In this document: positions 60,963-64,000 of the stretch, one piece after another
Layout: each line of letters starts with the position of its first letter
Position numbering within the stretch: position 1 is the first letter of the stretch
Origin: a virus
Taxonomy: Duplodnaviria > Heunggongvirae > Uroviricota > Caudoviricetes
DNA: 64,000 bases
Virus record (IMG/VR): IMGVR_UViG_3300035696_000002
Direction: 5' to 3' (one strand)
Position numbers and translations under genes: made by a program
The notes under the pieces: model-generated
The model's input: the letters and a program-made list of their open reading frames with translations, nothing else
The model's database searches: none
Told to the model about the DNA's origin: nothing

Positions 60963-61469
60963 ATGAACGGAAGAAAGCTGTTTTTCTTGGTGGTCTGTGC
61001 AGTGATCGTCGTGTGGATCGTCGAAGAAGTCGTGTCGGACTACGACTACGATAACCAGATCGGCTCTTTCTGGGCACTGGGCATCAAGGCGTCCACGCTC
61101 CAGCAGAAAACAACCTACCTTGACCAGTACGTCAATGCCCTTCAAGGGGCGAAACTGGAAGGCACCAACAACGCCTCGTTTCTCAAGACGCCGGACAACA
61201 GCTTCGACCAGAACATGATCGCCCTGAAATCGCTGCAAGGCCGCATGCACCAGATTCAGGGGATGGACGAGCAGTCGTTCGCCTACCAGACCGCCATGCA
61301 GCAGATCACCGGGCAGGAACAGGGTCAGGCCGGGCAACTGACAGAGACGTTTCGCGGCTGCTGGTTCTTGCGGTATTACTGGCTGCTGTGGGGATGGCAC
61401 GACATCGTCGCGTGGATTTTGATGATCGTTTTTCTCATCATTTCCGGCGTCATGGCTTTCAACGACTAA
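60963..61469 (+). CDS. Membrane protein with 2 TMs and periplasmic helical domain
   Basis: AGGAG SD; N- and C-terminal hydrophobic helices. Confidence 0.65.
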   Translation: MNGRKLFFLVVCAVIVVWIVEEVVSDYDYDNQIGSFWALGIKASTLQQKTTYLDQYVNALQGAKLEGTNNASFLKTPDNSFDQNMIALKSLQGRMHQIQGMDEQSFAYQTAMQQITGQEQGQAGQLTETFRGCWFLRYYWLLWGWHDIVAWILMIVFLIISGVMAFND

Positions 61470-61649
61470 CATGACAAGGAAACAATATCTCGGCTTCGCG
61501 ATGATCGCGGCGTTCGTCATTGGCCTCGTGTTGTTTGCATCCATCGCAACCCACGTCGGCCTGCTCAAGACGTTCGGCGTGTTCGTCGTGATTGCCGCGA
61601 TGGCCGCACTGATTACGTTTGGCATTAAATTCGCCGTGGAGGGGAAGTA

Positions 61650-61964
61650 ATGAAAACAACCATGCTGTTTATCGCTGTGTTGGTGCTGAGCCTGTCCGCC
61701 TTCGGCCAAGTCGCATCGAGTGGTCAACAGGCGGCGTACTCGAACACCGTGCAGATGGCGGAACATCCGATGCACGCAGATCATCACGACCTGCGGCCCG
61801 AAGTCAGCCTGTTGGGCGGCACGAGCATCACCGAGGGGCACGGAGAACGCCCGCTATGGGAGTTCCCGGATAACACGCCCGTGAAACCGCTGGGCGACAT
61901 CGCCCGGCAGTACCGTGAGGAGCACAAGACCGCCGAAAAGGCGATCATCGTCTGGGCACCGTAA
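61650..61964 (+). CDS. Small secreted protein
   Basis: Signal peptide AFG|Q; PLGDIARQYR motif. Confidence 0.65.
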   Translation: MKTTMLFIAVLVLSLSAFGQVASSGQQAAYSNTVQMAEHPMHADHHDLRPEVSLLGGTSITEGHGERPLWEFPDNTPVKPLGDIARQYREEHKTAEKAIIVWAP

Positions 61965-62928
61965 TGGCGATCAGAAGCCAGCCTCTTTGGTGGGCAGGAT
62001 TGGTCTGCACCGTGGCTGCGATTGTCAGTGCGGGTGCAGACATGATCTGGCACCTTGGCTTTACTGCCGATCCCCATAAGTGGCCGCTGTTTTTCGCGGT
62101 TGGAGCCGTGATCTTTTACGACGGAGCATACGAGTAATGGCTGAACAGGAAAAGGGCTATTCCGTTAACACCTTCGAGGATATCGAAGCGATCAAACGGG
62201 AGAAAAACGGCTGGGGCTTCACGCGGGACGATCTCGAACGCTACAACGTTCACATGGTCACCGACGTTCGGTTCACGTGGGATGAGAGCACACCCCCGGA
62301 ACTGCGAAAGGCCTTTGCCGAGGGCTCTTGCGTCCTGCATTACATCGCGGAGAAGCAGATCATGGGGCAGCTTGAATACAGCGGCTTGAAACCGACATCG
62401 ACCCGCGACCTGCTCTACGGCGACGAGGAAAGTGGGAAGACCGTTTTGCTGCGGGACACCGGGTGGAGGCCGAACGATAAGTGAACCTGCACCCATGGAT
62501 CAGTCGGCTGATCGGCGGGTACCCGATGCTCTGCGAGGAATGGGCCTTCAACAAGGCCGATGGCACCCCGGTTTGCTTCTACGTGGATGCCTCAGGGCGA
62601 CGATATTTTGCTACTGGCTCTTGGGACAGAAACCGTGTACTATGGGAGAGTCCAGAAGCCGTGATTGAACGGCAACGCAAGACAGAGGAACAGGCCCGGA
62701 TGTTCCGGGAATACAAATTCTACGGCCTATGAACACACGCACAAAACAAGAACAGATCACCGGATACATTCCAGTGGTGCAGCAAATGACCCTGAATTTT
62801 GTAGCGGCATCATTCGCCGTTAAGCACCATGAACGAGCCATCGTACAATCCATCGAAGTCGCAACGGAGGGCTTCATGCCCGTTACCGTTCGCTATCTCC
62901 TCCCCGTGTGGGAAGAAGTGAGGGCATA

Positions 62929-63846
62929 ATGGCAGCCAAAGCAAAGCTTGCAGGCAACACCCTGATTTACGGGCACCGCAAACAGGACGATCTCAAATGG
63001 GATATCTCGACGCCCGAACTTCGGGCGAAAGCCTTCCTCGAATTGTTCGAAGAACTCAAGACCTCGTGGCGAGTGTTTGAGTGCGGCTATTGGGGTGCGA
63101 ACAAGGCCGAGGAGACGCTTCAAAAGGGCCTGTACGATCTCGCTTGCAAAGGCGATGCCGAAGCCGCCGAACGCCTCCTGCGGATGCGGATCGACTACGA
63201 ATACGAGAACTGGCGGATTGTGGATGCCCCCAAAACCGAAGGTGGAGAGCCCCGCACCGTCCTCGCCCGGCGTCCGGGCAAAGTCTTCGTCAAAGACATC
63301 CGCAAGCAGGAAAGCGGTCGCTACTCGTTCGAACTCAGCAACGGGGAGCAGATCGAATTCGCCTATGTGCCGATCAACACCACCCGGCCTGATTGGGAAC
63401 ATGGCTGGATGATCCACGGCTATTTCCTCGACGCCTTGTACGAGAAGCTGGGCCGGGATCGCGATCTTCACAACACCATGGAAAAGCTTCTGTCGCACAT
63501 GAACTACATGCGACTGACGCTCTACTACACCATGAACCCCGAGCAGATGCCACTCGGCAAAGACCTTCGTATCTGGCAGCGACAGGCATTGCAGAAAGCC
63601 GACGCTTTGATCGACCAGTTCGGTGACAACCCGGTTGAAAAGATCGACGACAAGAAGAAACGTCCGACTGATTTGCGGAAGGCAACGGACGCTCTCAGCG
63701 AACTCGTACTGAACTACCGGGGCCTACTTGATTTGACCAAGCGGGCACTTGAAGGCAAGTACGACAAGGAAACCATCCTCAAGCACGACCTGCCGACGTA
63801 CCAGCAGGCGTTGGAAAAAATCAAGAAAGGAATGCTTGCCGAATGA
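62929..63846 (+). CDS. Hypothetical protein
   Basis: TAATG coupling, about 305 aa. Confidence 0.7.
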   Translation: MAAKAKLAGNTLIYGHRKQDDLKWDISTPELRAKAFLELFEELKTSWRVFECGYWGANKAEETLQKGLYDLACKGDAEAAERLLRMRIDYEYENWRIVDAPKTEGGEPRTVLARRPGKVFVKDIRKQESGRYSFELSNGEQIEFAYVPINTTRPDWEHGWMIHGYFLDALYEKLGRDRDLHNTMEKLLSHMNYMRLTLYYTMNPEQMPLGKDLRIWQRQALQKADALIDQFGDNPVEKIDDKKKRPTDLRKATDALSELVLNYRGLLDLTKRALEGKYDKETILKHDLPTYQQALEKIKKGMLAE

Positions 63847-64000
63847 ACAAACTGTTTAGTTATCTGCTGTTGGTGTGGTTCCTGCTGGCGGCTCTGGCTG
63901 AGACCGCTAAGGGCATGGGCGTTATTCTGCTGTTCGCCCTGCTGTTCTTGGTGATCGGCAGCAAGGGTGCTGCTGGCGTAATGCTGGTGATCGCAGTGCT

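Noticed and set aside
385-63685. Numerous minus-strand ORFs up to about 290 aa in the track
   Set aside because: They are antisense shadows of + strand genes in GC-rich DNA, with no recognisable motifs; + strand genes tile the window with coupled starts and stops
1-64000. Stop-codon reassignment
   Set aside because: Recognisable genes are full length in code 11 and end in TAA, TAG or TGA at expected positions

Overview
64 kb of a large (jumbo-type) lytic bacteriophage genome. Genes are densely packed, essentially all on the + strand, use the standard code, and no structural module is evident. Recognisable functions are replication and nucleotide metabolism (SNF2 helicase end, NAD-dependent ligase, ThyX, dCMP deaminase, MazG-like and dATP/dGTP diphosphohydrolases), Fe-S auxiliary genes (IscA, IscU, ferredoxin), a nicotianamine-synthase-like fusion, and a complete SBP-OmpA/ABC importer module. 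A translation-support kit is also present: SerRS catalytic-core paralog, GGQ release-factor homolog, Thg1-like, Pth2, RNA ligase, (p)ppGpp-hydrolase-like HD protein and six tRNAs. The host is probably an Acidobacteriota member (inference). The standout signal is absent from the ORF track: a promoter, a 26-codon leader peptide (46974-47054) and a terminator/antiterminator directly upstream of the tRNA cluster. Its 10-codon tract (ATA TCC TCA TTA TCG TCG TCT AGT AGC TCC) consists only of codons read by the six downstream tRNAs (Ser GCU/GGA/UGA/CGA, Leu UAA, Ile UAU). This looks like a ribosome-stalling attenuator that switches on phage tRNAs when the matching host tRNAs are depleted. All family calls come from motif recognition by eye, not database searches. 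Many short hypothetical + strand ORFs are not listed individually.
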